Shown here: piece by piece, positions 19,549-30,256 of the stretch
Layout: each line of letters opens with the position of its first letter
Position numbering within the stretch: position 1 is the stretch's first letter
From: Gemmatimonadaceae bacterium
Lineage (GTDB): Bacteria; Gemmatimonadota; Gemmatimonadetes; Gemmatimonadales; Gemmatimonadaceae
Length of the DNA: 64,000 bases
Direction: 5' to 3'
Assembly (NCBI GenBank): GCA_036377095.1
Contig: DASUZC010000014.1
Location: 2,544 to 66,543 of the forward strand
The notes under the pieces: model-generated
Seen by the model: only the letters and a program-made list of their open reading frames with translations
What the model was told of the DNA's origin: nothing
Databases searched by the model: none
Program-made: the position numbers and the translations under genes

Positions 19549-20376
19549 ATGACGGCTGCCCTGTTCGCAGCTGCACTTCTGACTGGCGCCGTGCTCCTGC
19601 TTTGGCGGTCGCAGGAGCGGATTCTATTCCAGCCGCCGCGCCTGAATGGAGAGCCGCCAGAAGCAGGTCGCATCACCTACGAGGCAATCGATGGGCAGCG
19701 TCTGTCAGGATACATCATTGGTGACCCGCGACAGGCACCTGGAGTTTTGATCTGTTTTCACGGCAACGCCGATCTCGCTGTATGGCAGATCGACTGGGCA
19801 CGTGCGATTGAAAGACGGACGGGGTGTGCCGTTTTTCTCGCCGAGTATCGCGGGTACATGTCGCTGGATGGTTCGCCAACATATGCCACGTCGAAGCTCG
19901 ATGCGCGCGCTGCTTACGATCACATGCGCATTACCTACGGCGTAGATCGCAGCCACGCGGCGTACTTTGGGCATTCCCTTGGCAGCGGGATCGCCGCCGA
20001 GCTGGCTGAGATCCATCCACCTCAGGCTTTGGTGCTGCAGGCGCCGTTTACATCGGCACAGGCAATGGCACGACTGATCGTCTGGCCGCCTATCACTTAC
20101 ATATGGAGACTGTTGTCACGCATCCACTTTGACACCTGCGCCATTGTATCCGAGCTCGAAATCCCGGTTTCAGTTGCGCACGGCAAGCGGGATCGCGTGG
20201 TGCCGTTCAGGATGGGGGTCGAAGTTTTCAACGCTGCCAAATGCAAAGGCCCTTTGCTTGTGGTCGACGGCGCCGGCCACAGCGATCTAGCTCAGGTTGC
20301 GGGGGAAGACTACTGGCGCTGGATGAGCACCAGCCTCGAACCACTTACCGGTACGGACAAAGCAAAGCGGGCATGA
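19549..20376 (+). CDS. Alpha/beta hydrolase (ABHD13/BEM46-like) with N-terminal TM helix
   Basis: FHGNA, EYRGY, GHSLG, HGKRD, GAGH. Confidence 0.9.
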   Translation: MTAALFAAALLTGAVLLLWRSQERILFQPPRLNGEPPEAGRITYEAIDGQRLSGYIIGDPRQAPGVLICFHGNADLAVWQIDWARAIERRTGCAVFLAEYRGYMSLDGSPTYATSKLDARAAYDHMRITYGVDRSHAAYFGHSLGSGIAAELAEIHPPQALVLQAPFTSAQAMARLIVWPPITYIWRLLSRIHFDTCAIVSELEIPVSVAHGKRDRVVPFRMGVEVFNAAKCKGPLLVVDGAGHSDLAQVAGEDYWRWMSTSLEPLTGTDKAKRA

Positions 20377-20394
20377 CATCCGCCATGCCCGCTT
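20365..20394. terminator. Hairpin between convergent genes
   Basis: 11-bp stem AAGCGGGCATG/CATGCCCGCTT. Confidence 0.7.
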
Positions 20395-20414
20395 CTGATT
20401 CCGGCTCTGACTTG

Positions 20415-21851
20415 CTACTGAACCGGATGCCCGCTGATGTCTCGAATCAGGATTGGCCCGACGTTCGTCGACTTGAGCGCCTGCTCAATTGTCTTGCGAT
20501 CACCAACGATGACGATTGCCAGTGACGAAGGGTTGATGTACTGCTGCGCAACACGCGTAATATCGGCTTGCGTTATCGCTTCAACGTTCTGGACATAGTT
20601 ATTGTAGTAATCAAGCGGTAGCCCGTAGAGCGCGACTGGAACGAGCGCCGCTGCAATCTGCTGCGTCGTCTCGAAGTTCTCGGGAAGCTGCAGCTGCAGA
20701 TAGCGCTTCGCGCGAGAGAGCTCGTCGGCCGGCACTGTCTGACGAATGTTGTTCAACTCTTTGATGAACTCGATCAGCGCAGAGTCCGATTTGGCGGAAA
20801 CAATCTCCGCTGAGGCCGTAAACGGACCCGCTGCACGGCGCATATCGAATCGCGAGCCTGCTCCGTAGGTGTAGCCCTTTGCTTCACGCAGGTTCTGATT
20901 GAGCCGGCTCGTAAATGAGCCGCCCAGAATCGTATTCATTACCGTGAGCGCGAAATAATCCTTGGTCGACCGGGGCACGCCAACCGCACCGATCCTGAAC
21001 GAGGACTGCGCTGCGCCAGGCTTGTCGATCAGATAGATCGTTGTAGCACCGCTCTTCGGAGGTTCTCCGTAATTGAGCTGCGGTACGTCGCCGCGCTGCC
21101 AGCTTCCAAATAGTGAGTTGATTTTCTGCTCGATCTGCGTCGGGTTCACGTCGCCGACGATTATCAGGGTCGAGTTGTTCGGTTTGAAGTTTGTCTGGTA
21201 GTAAGCCTGCAGATCGGCCGTGGTGAGGCCGGTAACCGATGCTTCGGTGCCGATCAATGGAGCTCCGTACGGATGCGATCCTCCATAAACGATTGCCGGA
21301 AAAGCGGTGTTTGCGATCGCCGGGCCCTGATCCCGCAGCTGCAGAAGCTCGGTCAGCCTCGTCTTCTTGATGCGATCGAACTCGTTCGCCGGAAACGACG
21401 GATGCAGCGCGACATCGGCAAACAGCGCGAGAGCGCTATCCAGCTGCGCGGTCGGTGTGTGCAGTGACAGAGTGCTCGATTCCCAGCTTGCCTGAGGGAA
21501 AAGACTGATACCCAGAAATGAAGTCTGATCGGCAATGTCCAGACTCTTTCTTGTCGTCGTTCCTTCACGCAGCATTTGCGCGGTGAGGTTGGCGACGCCG
21601 GTCTTGCCGGTTGGATCCGCCGTTCCGCCACTCCCGACCACCAGCGCGAAGTCAGCCAGTGGCAGTTCGTGCTGTTCGACGATCATCAGCTTGAGGCCGT
21701 TTGCAAGCTGCCTGGTTATGATCGGCGGCAACGTCACACGCGGCGGTGGACCAAGCTCGGGTGGCTTGGTACGATCGAGTATCCCCTGCGCCTGAAGAGG
21801 CGTAATAAGCAGTGGAAACGCTGCGAACGCAGCCAGTGCACGAAGTTTCAT
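20415..21851 (-). CDS. M16B peptidase, non-catalytic subunit (exported)
   Basis: Signal peptide; LGGSFTSRLNQNLREAKGYTY; no HXXEH. Confidence 0.9.
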   Translation of the reverse strand: MKLRALAAFAAFPLLITPLQAQGILDRTKPPELGPPPRVTLPPIITRQLANGLKLMIVEQHELPLADFALVVGSGGTADPTGKTGVANLTAQMLREGTTTRKSLDIADQTSFLGISLFPQASWESSTLSLHTPTAQLDSALALFADVALHPSFPANEFDRIKKTRLTELLQLRDQGPAIANTAFPAIVYGGSHPYGAPLIGTEASVTGLTTADLQAYYQTNFKPNNSTLIIVGDVNPTQIEQKINSLFGSWQRGDVPQLNYGEPPKSGATTIYLIDKPGAAQSSFRIGAVGVPRSTKDYFALTVMNTILGGSFTSRLNQNLREAKGYTYGAGSRFDMRRAAGPFTASAEIVSAKSDSALIEFIKELNNIRQTVPADELSRAKRYLQLQLPENFETTQQIAAALVPVALYGLPLDYYNNYVQNVEAITQADITRVAQQYINPSSLAIVIVGDRKTIEQALKSTNVGPILIRDISGHPVQ

Positions 21852-23224
21852 CGATCGCCTCCGCTCGCACTAAGCATCATCTCTTTCTTTCCCTCTGGCA
21901 CAACGGTGAGAACGATTTTCGGCTTGCCGAGATAGGTTCTCGCCACGCGCTGCACATCAGCAGCGGTCACCCGGTCGTAACGAGCTGCGTCCTGTTGCAC
22001 ATAATCCGGGTTGCCGATGTAGTAGTTGTACGTATTGAGGACTTCAGCTTTGCCGAGCACGCTCGAGAGCCGATTCAGAAAACTCGACTTGTAGACATTT
22101 TGTGCCCGTTGCAGCTCGCGCTGAGAGATACCGCTGTTGATGATGTTGGTGATCTCCGCCTGCACGACCTTGTCGATATCGGCGACTTTTTGGCCGGGCT
22201 TGGGAGTCACGGTTACCTGGAACTTCCCATCCAGTCGCGATCCATCCTGGAAAGCACCGACGTTTTGCGCCGTCTGCAGCTCGTACACAAGCCTCTTGTA
22301 AAGACGGGAGTTTTTATCATTGGCGACGATCTGCGCCAGCAGGTCGAGCGCCGCGTCATCTTTCGAGAACCCTTTCACAGAATGCCAGGTGTAGTACAAG
22401 CGTGGTAGCTGAACCTTATCCTCCAGCACGAGGAAGGTGTCACGCGGGATGGTCACCGCCGGCACCGTGACACGTCGCTGCACAGCTGGCCCGCGCGGAA
22501 TGTCAGCGAAGTATTGCTGAACGAGCTTCTTGACCGTTGCCGGATCGAAGTCACCCGCAATTGCGACCGTAGCGTTGTTCGGCGCGTAATAGGTCTTGAA
22601 GAAGTTCTGCACGTCCGTCAGCGAGGCCGCGCTCAGGTCTGCCATCGATCCAATCACCGGCCACGAATACGGGTGGGTTTTCGGGTACAGTGCGGCGAGT
22701 ATCGTCTCGTCGGCCCGACCATATGGCACGTTGTCAACGCGCTGCCGCCGCTCATTCTTGACGACATCGCGCTGCAAGTTGACCTTTGCCAGATCCATCG
22801 TCGGCAGCAGGAATCCCATTCTGTCGGAGTCCAGCCACAGCGCCAGCGGGAGCGCGTTCGAGGGAAGAGTTTCGTAATAGTTGGTGCGATCTTCGGTCGT
22901 CGAGCCGTTGTTATTAGCGCCCGCGGCCTCGAGCAGCTGGTCGAACGCACCGACCGCAACGTGCTGCGAGCCCATGAACATGATGTGCTCGAACAGGTGC
23001 GCGAATCCCGTCCGGCCCACCAGCTCATCGCCGGATCCGACGTGGTACCACGTATCAACCGCCACGATCGGCGTCGAGTGGTCCTCGTGAAGGATGACCT
23101 CGAGACCATTGGGCAGTTTGTACTTCTCGAACTGGATACGCGGGATCGCCTGCGCCTGCAGGCCCACCGCCGCAACGGCGCCGATTAAGTAACCAAGCGC
23201 GACTAATTTCGCCTTCGTTGTCAC
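21848..23224 (-). CDS. M16B peptidase, catalytic subunit (exported)
   Basis: Signal-like N-terminus; GFAHLFEH; VVKNERR; start at 23224 or 23248. Confidence 0.9.
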   Translation of the reverse strand: MTTKAKLVALGYLIGAVAAVGLQAQAIPRIQFEKYKLPNGLEVILHEDHSTPIVAVDTWYHVGSGDELVGRTGFAHLFEHIMFMGSQHVAVGAFDQLLEAAGANNNGSTTEDRTNYYETLPSNALPLALWLDSDRMGFLLPTMDLAKVNLQRDVVKNERRQRVDNVPYGRADETILAALYPKTHPYSWPVIGSMADLSAASLTDVQNFFKTYYAPNNATVAIAGDFDPATVKKLVQQYFADIPRGPAVQRRVTVPAVTIPRDTFLVLEDKVQLPRLYYTWHSVKGFSKDDAALDLLAQIVANDKNSRLYKRLVYELQTAQNVGAFQDGSRLDGKFQVTVTPKPGQKVADIDKVVQAEITNIINSGISQRELQRAQNVYKSSFLNRLSSVLGKAEVLNTYNYYIGNPDYVQQDAARYDRVTAADVQRVARTYLGKPKIVLTVVPEGKKEMMLSASGGDR

Positions 23225-23324
23225 TTTCCGCTCTCTAAGAAGGTCCACCTTCCTCTGACATCCTCTCGGCCGGGAAGGTTCGCTCGCGACTTCGATTCAC
23301 CGCAGGGGAAGTTTCCCTTGAGGC

Positions 23325-23960
23325 TCACATCTTCCTCTCGATGAAGAACGCGAGCGGGGCTTTGATCGACTCGCTAAAGATATACTTCCAGCGCTGCTCC
23401 CGGTTCGGCGAGATCGGGCTGGTCTGTGTGGGCGATGTATAGGGTGTAAACCCGAAGCGCCGGGCCAGAATTCGCAGGCGGAGCATGTGAAACGGATCAC
23501 TTACCAGCAATGCCGTCTGCAGGCCTCGAGCTTCGAGCATGCCCGCTACCGCTCGCATCGACTCGCTGGTCGTCCTCCCTTCTGTTTCCATCAGAATGAC
23601 GGTATCGGGGACGCCGTGTTTGATTGCATACGTTCTTCCAACCGCAGCTTCGCTTGTCGTGTCGCCGACGCCTGTACCACCGGTAAGAATCAGCAGCTTC
23701 CCCAGATGGCGCCGCCACAGATCCAGTGCATGATCGAGCCGGGCTCGCAGTACAGGGGAGGGTCTACCGGCGTACTGGGCAGCCCCCAGTACAACAATCG
23801 CCTGAGCCGGACGCGCTTCGTCGCGCGAGCTCCACACCATTACTGCCGACGCTGAAATCGCCCAAAGCGCAAATACTGTCACAACAGCGATCGTCAGAAT
23901 TCGCCTGACGATCGCCAACGCCCGTTTCGCTTTTGCCTTCGCCTTATCCGATCGCTTCAC
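23325..23960 (-). CDS. YdcF/SanA (DUF218) family membrane protein
   Basis: AIVVLGA, RLD, LTGG, SEA, LVSDPFHM.R. Confidence 0.9.
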   Translation of the reverse strand: MKRSDKAKAKAKRALAIVRRILTIAVVTVFALWAISASAVMVWSSRDEARPAQAIVVLGAAQYAGRPSPVLRARLDHALDLWRRHLGKLLILTGGTGVGDTTSEAAVGRTYAIKHGVPDTVILMETEGRTTSESMRAVAGMLEARGLQTALLVSDPFHMLRLRILARRFGFTPYTSPTQTSPISPNREQRWKYIFSESIKAPLAFFIERKM

Positions 23961-23974
23961 TCGTAGAACCTACG

Positions 23975-25357
23975 CTAGAAGCTGCGGGTGGTGTGAGGCT
24001 CGGGACACTCGACGTTGTATCCGCGCGCGATGAGTGCCGCCCTGAACTCATCCTGCACCGCTGGCTCGCCGTGGACCAGCCATATCGGGCCGAGTCGCGG
24101 TGATTTTTCCTTCACCCGGCCCAGCCACGTGATCATCTCCGTTCGGTCCGCATGCGCGCTGTAGCCGTCAATCACCTCGACACGAGCGCGCAGCGGAACG
24201 TCCTCTCCAAAGATCTGCAGCAGCGGCTGTCGCTCGACCACACGCCGGCCGAGCGTGTGTTCCGCCTGAAATCCGACTACCAGAATCGTATTACGCGGAT
24301 CGCTTGCCCCCTGGGCCAGATGATGGAGTATCCTGCCGTTTTCCATCATCCCCGAGGCAGCGATGATGATCATCGGCCCGTGGGCGCGGGAGAGTGCCTT
24401 GGATTCTTCCACGTCACGCGTGTAGTGAAGCAGCTCGAAACGAAACAGCTCCTTCGCTTTCTGCACCATTTCCTCGGACCGGTCGAAGGCTTCCGGATGC
24501 ATCTCGAAGACAGTGGTGGTATCGATTGCCAGGGGACTATCCACGTAAATCGGTATCGCCGGGATCGCGCCTTCCCGCACCAGTCCGTGCAGCGCGTAGA
24601 TCATTTCCTGGGTCCTGCCTACCGCGAATGCGGGTATGAGCACGCGACCACCTCGCGCGGCCGTATCCCGAACGACTTGCGCCAGTTGCGCGCGAGCGCC
24701 TTCGACAGATTCGTGATCTCGATTGCCGTACGTCGATTCCATGATCAGTGCGTCGGCTCCTTCGGGAGGCGTCGGATCACGCACGATCGCCAGTCCACTA
24801 CGGCCGATATCGCCCGAGAAGACGAGCCTTTTGGTTTTCCCTTCCTCGGTGCAGTCGATCGCGACAGATGCCGACCCGAGGATGTGTCCGGCATCGATGT
24901 AGGTAACTCTCACTCCCGGCACAACGTCGAAGGCGCGGTTGTACGGCATTCCCACCATAAGGTCCATTGTCCGCACCGCGTGGCGCATCCCATAAAGCGG
25001 TTCGACGAAGTCCTTTCTGCGTTTAGCAAGAAACTCCGCATCCTTTTCCTGAATGTGGGCTGAGTCTGCCAGCATTACAGCCGAGAGGTCGCGGGTGGCT
25101 GAAGTTGCCCAGATTGTCTTGGAGTAGCCTTCTGCGATCAGGTAAGGAAGGCGCCCCGAGTGGTCGATATGCGCGTGCGAGAGCACGACAGCATCCAGCT
25201 TCTCGATCGGCAACGGCAGTCTGCGGTTCTTATCGGCGGCTTCGTGTCGCCGGCCCTGGAACATCCCGCAGTCTAGCGCGACGGTGTGGCCGTTAACGTG
25301 AAGGAGATGACAGGAGCCGGTGACTTCGCGGGCGGCTCCGACGAACGTTATCTCCAA
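23975..25357 (-). CDS. MBL-fold beta-CASP ribonuclease
   Basis: HAHIDH, AGHILGS, ESTYG, PAFAVGR, SAHAD, LVHGE. Confidence 0.93.
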   Translation of the reverse strand: MEITFVGAAREVTGSCHLLHVNGHTVALDCGMFQGRRHEAADKNRRLPLPIEKLDAVVLSHAHIDHSGRLPYLIAEGYSKTIWATSATRDLSAVMLADSAHIQEKDAEFLAKRRKDFVEPLYGMRHAVRTMDLMVGMPYNRAFDVVPGVRVTYIDAGHILGSASVAIDCTEEGKTKRLVFSGDIGRSGLAIVRDPTPPEGADALIMESTYGNRDHESVEGARAQLAQVVRDTAARGGRVLIPAFAVGRTQEMIYALHGLVREGAIPAIPIYVDSPLAIDTTTVFEMHPEAFDRSEEMVQKAKELFRFELLHYTRDVEESKALSRAHGPMIIIAASGMMENGRILHHLAQGASDPRNTILVVGFQAEHTLGRRVVERQPLLQIFGEDVPLRARVEVIDGYSAHADRTEMITWLGRVKEKSPRLGPIWLVHGEPAVQDEFRAALIARGYNVECPEPHTTRSF

Positions 25358-25361
25358 ACCG

Positions 25362-25538
25362 CTATCCTTCTCCTACCGCATCACGCTGAAAGAGCAGAGT
25401 CACACGCTGCTCGTCCTGTGACATGAGAGCGGGCTCCCACCCTCCTCGACTCCTCTCGTTGAGAAGATCGGTGAGCGTGTCCTCATCCTCGCGAGTGTGA
25501 CGAGTCAGTTTGACGACAACAGCCTGGTATTCTTTCAT
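25362..25538 (-). CDS. Small DUF4177-like protein (58 aa)
   Basis: MKEYQAV...LNERSRGGWE...LLFQR pattern. The longer track ORF overlaps upp and is unlikely. Confidence 0.7.
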   Translation of the reverse strand: MKEYQAVVVKLTRHTREDEDTLTDLLNERSRGGWEPALMSQDEQRVTLLFQRDAVGEG

Positions 25539-25601
25539 CGGGAAATAGAGATTATGAGCCGGTGACCCTTTCAGGTTGAGTGCCGGAATTCTGGGGCAAA
25601 A

Positions 25602-26252
25602 ATGATCGAGCGCATAGAGGAATTCCCGTCGCTGACTATTATCCGGCATCCACTCGTTCAGCACAAGCTGACGATTCTTCGAGATCAGCAGACGGACACG
25701 AAGCGCTTCAAGGAGCTCGTCGACGAGATCGCCATGCTGATGGCATATGAAGCCACGAGCGAGCTGCCACTCGAGCCTCGTGAAGTCGTTACACCACTCG
25801 AAACCGCTACCGGCTGGCACATCAGCGGAAAGAAATTGACGCTCGTCCCGATTCTCCGCGCCGGACTCGGCATGGTTGAAGGCATCCTCCGCCTCGTCCC
25901 CTCAGCACGCGTCGGACACATCGGCCTTTACCGCGATCACGGGACTCTTCAACCAGTCGACTACTACTTCAAGGTTCCCGGCGATACGTCGGAGCGCGAT
26001 TTTTTTCTGCTCGATCCGATGCTGGCAACCGGAGGCAGCGCTGCAGCCGCCGTTTCATCGCTCAAACGGGCGGGCGCAACGCGGATTCGCTTTCTGTGTC
26101 TCGTTGCGGCACCGGAGGGTGTTCACCGGCTCAGCAGCACACACCCGGATGTACAGATCTACTGCGCGGCACTCGACAGGCAGCTCAACGCGCAGGGGTA
26201 CATTCTGCCCGGGCTTGGTGACGCAGGCGATCGGTTATTTGGAACGAGGTAG
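25602..26252 (+). CDS. upp: Uracil phosphoribosyltransferase
   Basis: [32 protein letters not shown]. Confidence 0.97.
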   Translation: MIERIEEFPSLTIIRHPLVQHKLTILRDQQTDTKRFKELVDEIAMLMAYEATSELPLEPREVVTPLETATGWHISGKKLTLVPILRAGLGMVEGILRLVPSARVGHIGLYRDHGTLQPVDYYFKVPGDTSERDFFLLDPMLATGGSAAAAVSSLKRAGATRIRFLCLVAAPEGVHRLSSTHPDVQIYCAALDRQLNAQGYILPGLGDAGDRLFGTR

Positions 26253-26254
26253 TA

Positions 26255-26905
26255 TCAGCCGAACCACTCACGCGGGTTCAATCGTTGCTGATCAGCGGCG
26301 TCGATAACCCATTGCTGGCTCTGCAAGTCGGTGATTTCACCGGCGACTGACTCGAACCAGACGCTCGCCTTTTTCAGGTCACCTACGCGCCGCCATAGCT
26401 CACCAACGAGGTAGGTAAGGATAGCTCGCTCCTCGCGTGGGACTCCGTCATACGATTTGAGAGATTCCTCGAACATCCACGCAGCTTGACGCCGGAAATA
26501 CCGCTCCGCCTCGACGTCACCTTCATCCACGCAGCACCAGGCCGCACGTAAAAGCAGGTCAGCGACGTGCCTCGGATCCATACCCTGCCACTGAGCAACT
26601 TTCGCTGCAGCTTCGTATTTCTCGGAGCCACAGACAAGCGAGGGACGGAGTGGAGTCAGTTCCTGAAAAACGTGCTGTTTGAGAGATGGACTCACATCAG
26701 CGGCGGGAGTGAAATCAGACTCTCCACCTGAGTAGCCGCATTCGCTGCACATGTGAATGAGATACGCGAGCGGCTGAGTACCAGCAGCACGCTCGTGGAA
26801 ATCCGTTCGCTTTCCCCCGAACGCATTAGTGGAAACCACGCTCTGGGATTTGAACTCATTGTCACACACTGGACAACGGAGCTCGATCTGACGCAGCGTT
26901 GTCAT
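26255..26905 (-). CDS. DUF2225 family protein (Zn ribbon plus TPR-like)
   Basis: CPVC...CSECGY, LRAAW, YLVGELWRRVG; AGGAGG SD before ATG at 26905. Confidence 0.85.
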   Translation of the reverse strand: MTTLRQIELRCPVCDNEFKSQSVVSTNAFGGKRTDFHERAAGTQPLAYLIHMCSECGYSGGESDFTPAADVSPSLKQHVFQELTPLRPSLVCGSEKYEAAAKVAQWQGMDPRHVADLLLRAAWCCVDEGDVEAERYFRRQAAWMFEESLKSYDGVPREERAILTYLVGELWRRVGDLKKASVWFESVAGEITDLQSQQWVIDAADQQRLNPREWFG

Positions 26906-27148
26906 AGCTGCTCCTCCTGTCTTTCCGGACCTTGCCCGAAATAGACAGGGAATATTTGTGCCAGTCCTCAGAAAGCCCCGCCAACTGGTTAGCAAAAACA
27001 GGCTCTCCGCTCAAAGAACTCGGGAAAAATCTTGAGTGAATTTGCGATTTCGAGCTCGCGATATCGGGCTTGTTGAGAATTTCTGTCGATTGTATCTTCT
27101 CGCATCGCAAAAACGCGACTGGCTCCAAACCCTGCGACCTGGTCGTTG

Positions 27149-28087
27149 ATGCTCATCAACCTACTGCCCGACTTCTTCGCAGTTCACAACAGTACAGACC
27201 GTGTCGCCGCCTATCTCCGCTACTTCGAAACCCACCGCCGCTACTTAGAGGCTTACTGGCACAATTACGTCCTCGACCCGGCGGGGCCGCATTTTCAGGA
27301 AGTCGTTAGATCTGCCGCACTTGCGAGTCGAGTAGACCTGCGGACGATGCTCGAAAGAATCGACGTCGTCTCTCTCGCCCGAAATACAGAAGAGCAGTGC
27401 CGCACTCTCCTCGAGGCTGATGCAGACGTAGACGTTCTGCTCATGGTCGGAGTTGGTGCGGCCAACGCCGGCGAGCTGGTCGTTGACGGCAAGGGCGTCG
27501 CTTTCATTTGCCTCGAGCATTTCACCAGCGTTACCAACCCGGAAACCCAGGGATTGGGCCTGGATCCGGAGCTAATTCCACTTTGGCTGGCCCACGAGAT
27601 CGCTCATGCGATTCGATACACTTCTCCCACGAGTCGCAGCGAGCTGAAGCAGCTAATCGACGACGCCGGCGGCTACTACTCCTATTGGGAGACCGGGCGC
27701 CGCGCTACGCTTCGCGAGCTGGTGATCAATGAAGGCCTCGCCACAATCACCTCGCGCGCGATCAGCCCAGGCCATGCAGCATGGGAATACTACGGCTATA
27801 CCCGTCGTGAGTACGCCAGTGTGCGCGAGCTGGAACCCTTGGTCACGCGCGCTCTCACCAACGATCTCGATCGAGCCGGACTTGGCTTGCGCTTGCGATA
27901 CTTATCCGGTGGAATGAGCGACGAGGCTCGCACCGTCGATCGCCACGTTTTTCCCGAACGCAGTGGCTATTTCGTCGGAACAAAAATGATCGAGCCAGCC
28001 GTAAACACTCGCGGACTTCCGTGGGCCATTCGCGCCAGCGCCGCTGAGATTACCTCGATCGCAAGCTCCGCAGCAGCCTCAGCGTAG
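27149..28087 (+). CDS. Putative Zn metallopeptidase (DUF2268-like gluzincin)
   Basis: HEIAH plus downstream NEGLA; GYFVG. Confidence 0.75.
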   Translation: MLINLLPDFFAVHNSTDRVAAYLRYFETHRRYLEAYWHNYVLDPAGPHFQEVVRSAALASRVDLRTMLERIDVVSLARNTEEQCRTLLEADADVDVLLMVGVGAANAGELVVDGKGVAFICLEHFTSVTNPETQGLGLDPELIPLWLAHEIAHAIRYTSPTSRSELKQLIDDAGGYYSYWETGRRATLRELVINEGLATITSRAISPGHAAWEYYGYTRREYASVRELEPLVTRALTNDLDRAGLGLRLRYLSGGMSDEARTVDRHVFPERSGYFVGTKMIEPAVNTRGLPWAIRASAAEITSIASSAAASA

Positions 28088-28089
28088 CG

Positions 28090-29457
28090 CTACTTCCCAA
28101 CACAAAAAGAACTGAACACCCGATTGAGGACATCCTCGACATCGACAGCACCCACCAACTCCTCAAGGCTGGTCATCGCAGTCCTCAGGTGAACGGCAGC
28201 AACAGTGGCCGGGAGCCTGGCCTCCGCCCAGGCACTTTCGAACTGAGCGATCTCCGAGCGCGCCAGCTCGAGCGCCTGTTTATGGCGGGCCCTCGTCAGC
28301 ATTGGCACGTCGACCATTCGCGGCCCGCATTGCTCGTCGACGATCGCCTCGACCCGTGAAAGCAGTCGCTGTAATCCGAGGCCGGTTTCCGCACTCACTG
28401 CCAGAGCCCCTGAACGCATTTCGTCTCGGTTAGCTACTAAATCTGCTTTAGTAAGAACTGGTTGAACCGTTGCCTTGGTGCGTGCCTGAACGACTTGCAC
28501 TGTTTCCTCAAGGCTTTCCGACGTCTCAGCGCACGCTAGTACCACTTCGGCGCCCGCCAGATATCGCTCACTGACTTCAATTCCCAGTCGCTCAATTCGA
28601 TCAGCGGTGTGCCGCAGACCAGCTGTGTCAACCAAGCGCAGCGGCCATCTCCCGAAATCGATCACCGCTTCAAGAGCATCACGAGTGGTGCCGGGAATCT
28701 CGGTGACGATGGCTCTCGATTTCCCAAGGAGGGCATTGAACAACGAGGACTTGCCGACATTCGGCGGGCCTGCGATGACGACTACCGCACCCTCGCGCAC
28801 GATTTCTCCCGCCGGGGCAGTGGCGAGCAGAGAATCGATCGCGGAAAGCACTGCTTTTACCGCAGACTCGACCCGCTCATGAGAGATCGGCCCATCATCT
28901 TCCTCTGGAAAGTCAACATCGTAGGCAATCAGTGCTTCGAGGTCGAGCAGTTGATTCCTCAATGCGGATAATCTGCGTGAGAGACTTCCATCCAATTGGG
29001 CAAGTGCCGCATCCTGCATTGCGCGGGAGCTGGCATCGATCAGATCACCGATCGCCTCGGCTTGCAAGATGTCAAGCTTACCGTTGAGGACAGCACGCCG
29101 GGTGAACTCTCCAGGAGTTGCCTGTCGAGCGCCTGAGGTCGTCAGCGCTGCGACTATAGAGCTCGGCACCAGATACCCGCCATGCGTCGAGATCTCGACT
29201 GTATCCTCACCCGTAAACGAGTGCGGAGTCGGGAACGCCGTGACTATTGCCTGGTCAAGGCGTTGATCACCATCGAAAAAATCGCAGAGGTGGGCAACTC
29301 GTGGCTCCTCCGGCCATGCGCGAAGATGTTTCCTTGCAATCGAGAACGCATCTCGTCCGCTCAGCCGAACAACGGCGATCGCCCCGCGGCCGGGTGGACT
29401 GGCAATCGCAACGATGGTGTCGTCGATCATCAGCCCACTGCCATTCCTGGCTGTCAC
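28090..29457 (-). CDS. mnmE: tRNA modification GTPase MnmE
   Basis: [38 protein letters not shown]. Confidence 0.97.
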   Translation of the reverse strand: MTARNGSGLMIDDTIVAIASPPGRGAIAVVRLSGRDAFSIARKHLRAWPEEPRVAHLCDFFDGDQRLDQAIVTAFPTPHSFTGEDTVEISTHGGYLVPSSIVAALTTSGARQATPGEFTRRAVLNGKLDILQAEAIGDLIDASSRAMQDAALAQLDGSLSRRLSALRNQLLDLEALIAYDVDFPEEDDGPISHERVESAVKAVLSAIDSLLATAPAGEIVREGAVVVIAGPPNVGKSSLFNALLGKSRAIVTEIPGTTRDALEAVIDFGRWPLRLVDTAGLRHTADRIERLGIEVSERYLAGAEVVLACAETSESLEETVQVVQARTKATVQPVLTKADLVANRDEMRSGALAVSAETGLGLQRLLSRVEAIVDEQCGPRMVDVPMLTRARHKQALELARSEIAQFESAWAEARLPATVAAVHLRTAMTSLEELVGAVDVEDVLNRVFSSFCVGK

Positions 29458-30245
29458 ACCGCCGCCGTAGTTGGCAGAACGAAATCCGTCCCGGGTTCCA
29501 GGATCTTCACCGAAGGGTGGAGCGGATGATCCTGCAGCGTGGCCTTGAGCCGATCAATCGCGTCAAACGCTGTCGACGTCACGTGATTGAACGTTCCCCA
29601 GTGATAAGGGATGAAGTATCTGGCCTTGAGGCGCTCAAAAAGGGTCAACGCGTCGTCACTGGTCAGATGGCCTTTGCGGAATCCCGGTTTCCACCATGGT
29701 GCATAGCCGATCGGCAACAGCGCCAGGTCGAGATTTCGCCCGGAGTCGACCAGCCTTCGTTCCACCATGTGGGTAGTGTCTGATGTCAGGGCAGTATCGC
29801 CGGCAAAGAAACACGACACCTTATTAGTATCAATTAGATACATATTAGTGGCGCTTCGCCAGCGATCGATTCCGTAACGATTGCCTTTATGTGTCGCTGA
29901 GGCAGCGTGGATCCGAAGGTCGTCAAGCGACTCTGTACCGCCTGCGGCAATTGGGACTGCGTGCTTGTATCCCTGTTTAAGCAGCCACTTCGCCACTGGC
30001 GGCGGTGCAAAGAGCGGAATGTCCGATTGCAGCTCGTCGAGGGACTTGAACGAGAGATGATCGGCGTGTGCATGGGTGAGCAGAATCGCGTCGAGCTTCG
30101 GCAGGGCATCGAGTGCAATACCCGGTGCACTCACCCGCGGCAGGAATTTTCCGAGCGCCGGATCGAAGTTGGGATCGGTGAGGATGGTATGCTGCCCGAT
30201 CTCAATTAGTAGCGTTGCGTGACCAATGTAGGTGACACGCAGCAT
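29454..30245 (-). CDS. MBL-fold metallo-hydrolase (UlaG/RomA-like)
   Basis: THAHADH, FAGDT, LPIG, PYHWGTF. Confidence 0.88.
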   Translation of the reverse strand: MLRVTYIGHATLLIEIGQHTILTDPNFDPALGKFLPRVSAPGIALDALPKLDAILLTHAHADHLSFKSLDELQSDIPLFAPPPVAKWLLKQGYKHAVPIAAGGTESLDDLRIHAASATHKGNRYGIDRWRSATNMYLIDTNKVSCFFAGDTALTSDTTHMVERRLVDSGRNLDLALLPIGYAPWWKPGFRKGHLTSDDALTLFERLKARYFIPYHWGTFNHVTSTAFDAIDRLKATLQDHPLHPSVKILEPGTDFVLPTTAAV

Positions 30246-30256
30246 GACACCCTCCT

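Noticed and set aside
24152-25063. 303-aa antisense ORF, and similar long shadow ORFs such as 44889-45758, 22514-23188, 42927-43664 and 49913-50629
   Set aside because: They lie opposite well-supported genes and show no motifs; such ORFs are expected from high-GC codon bias.
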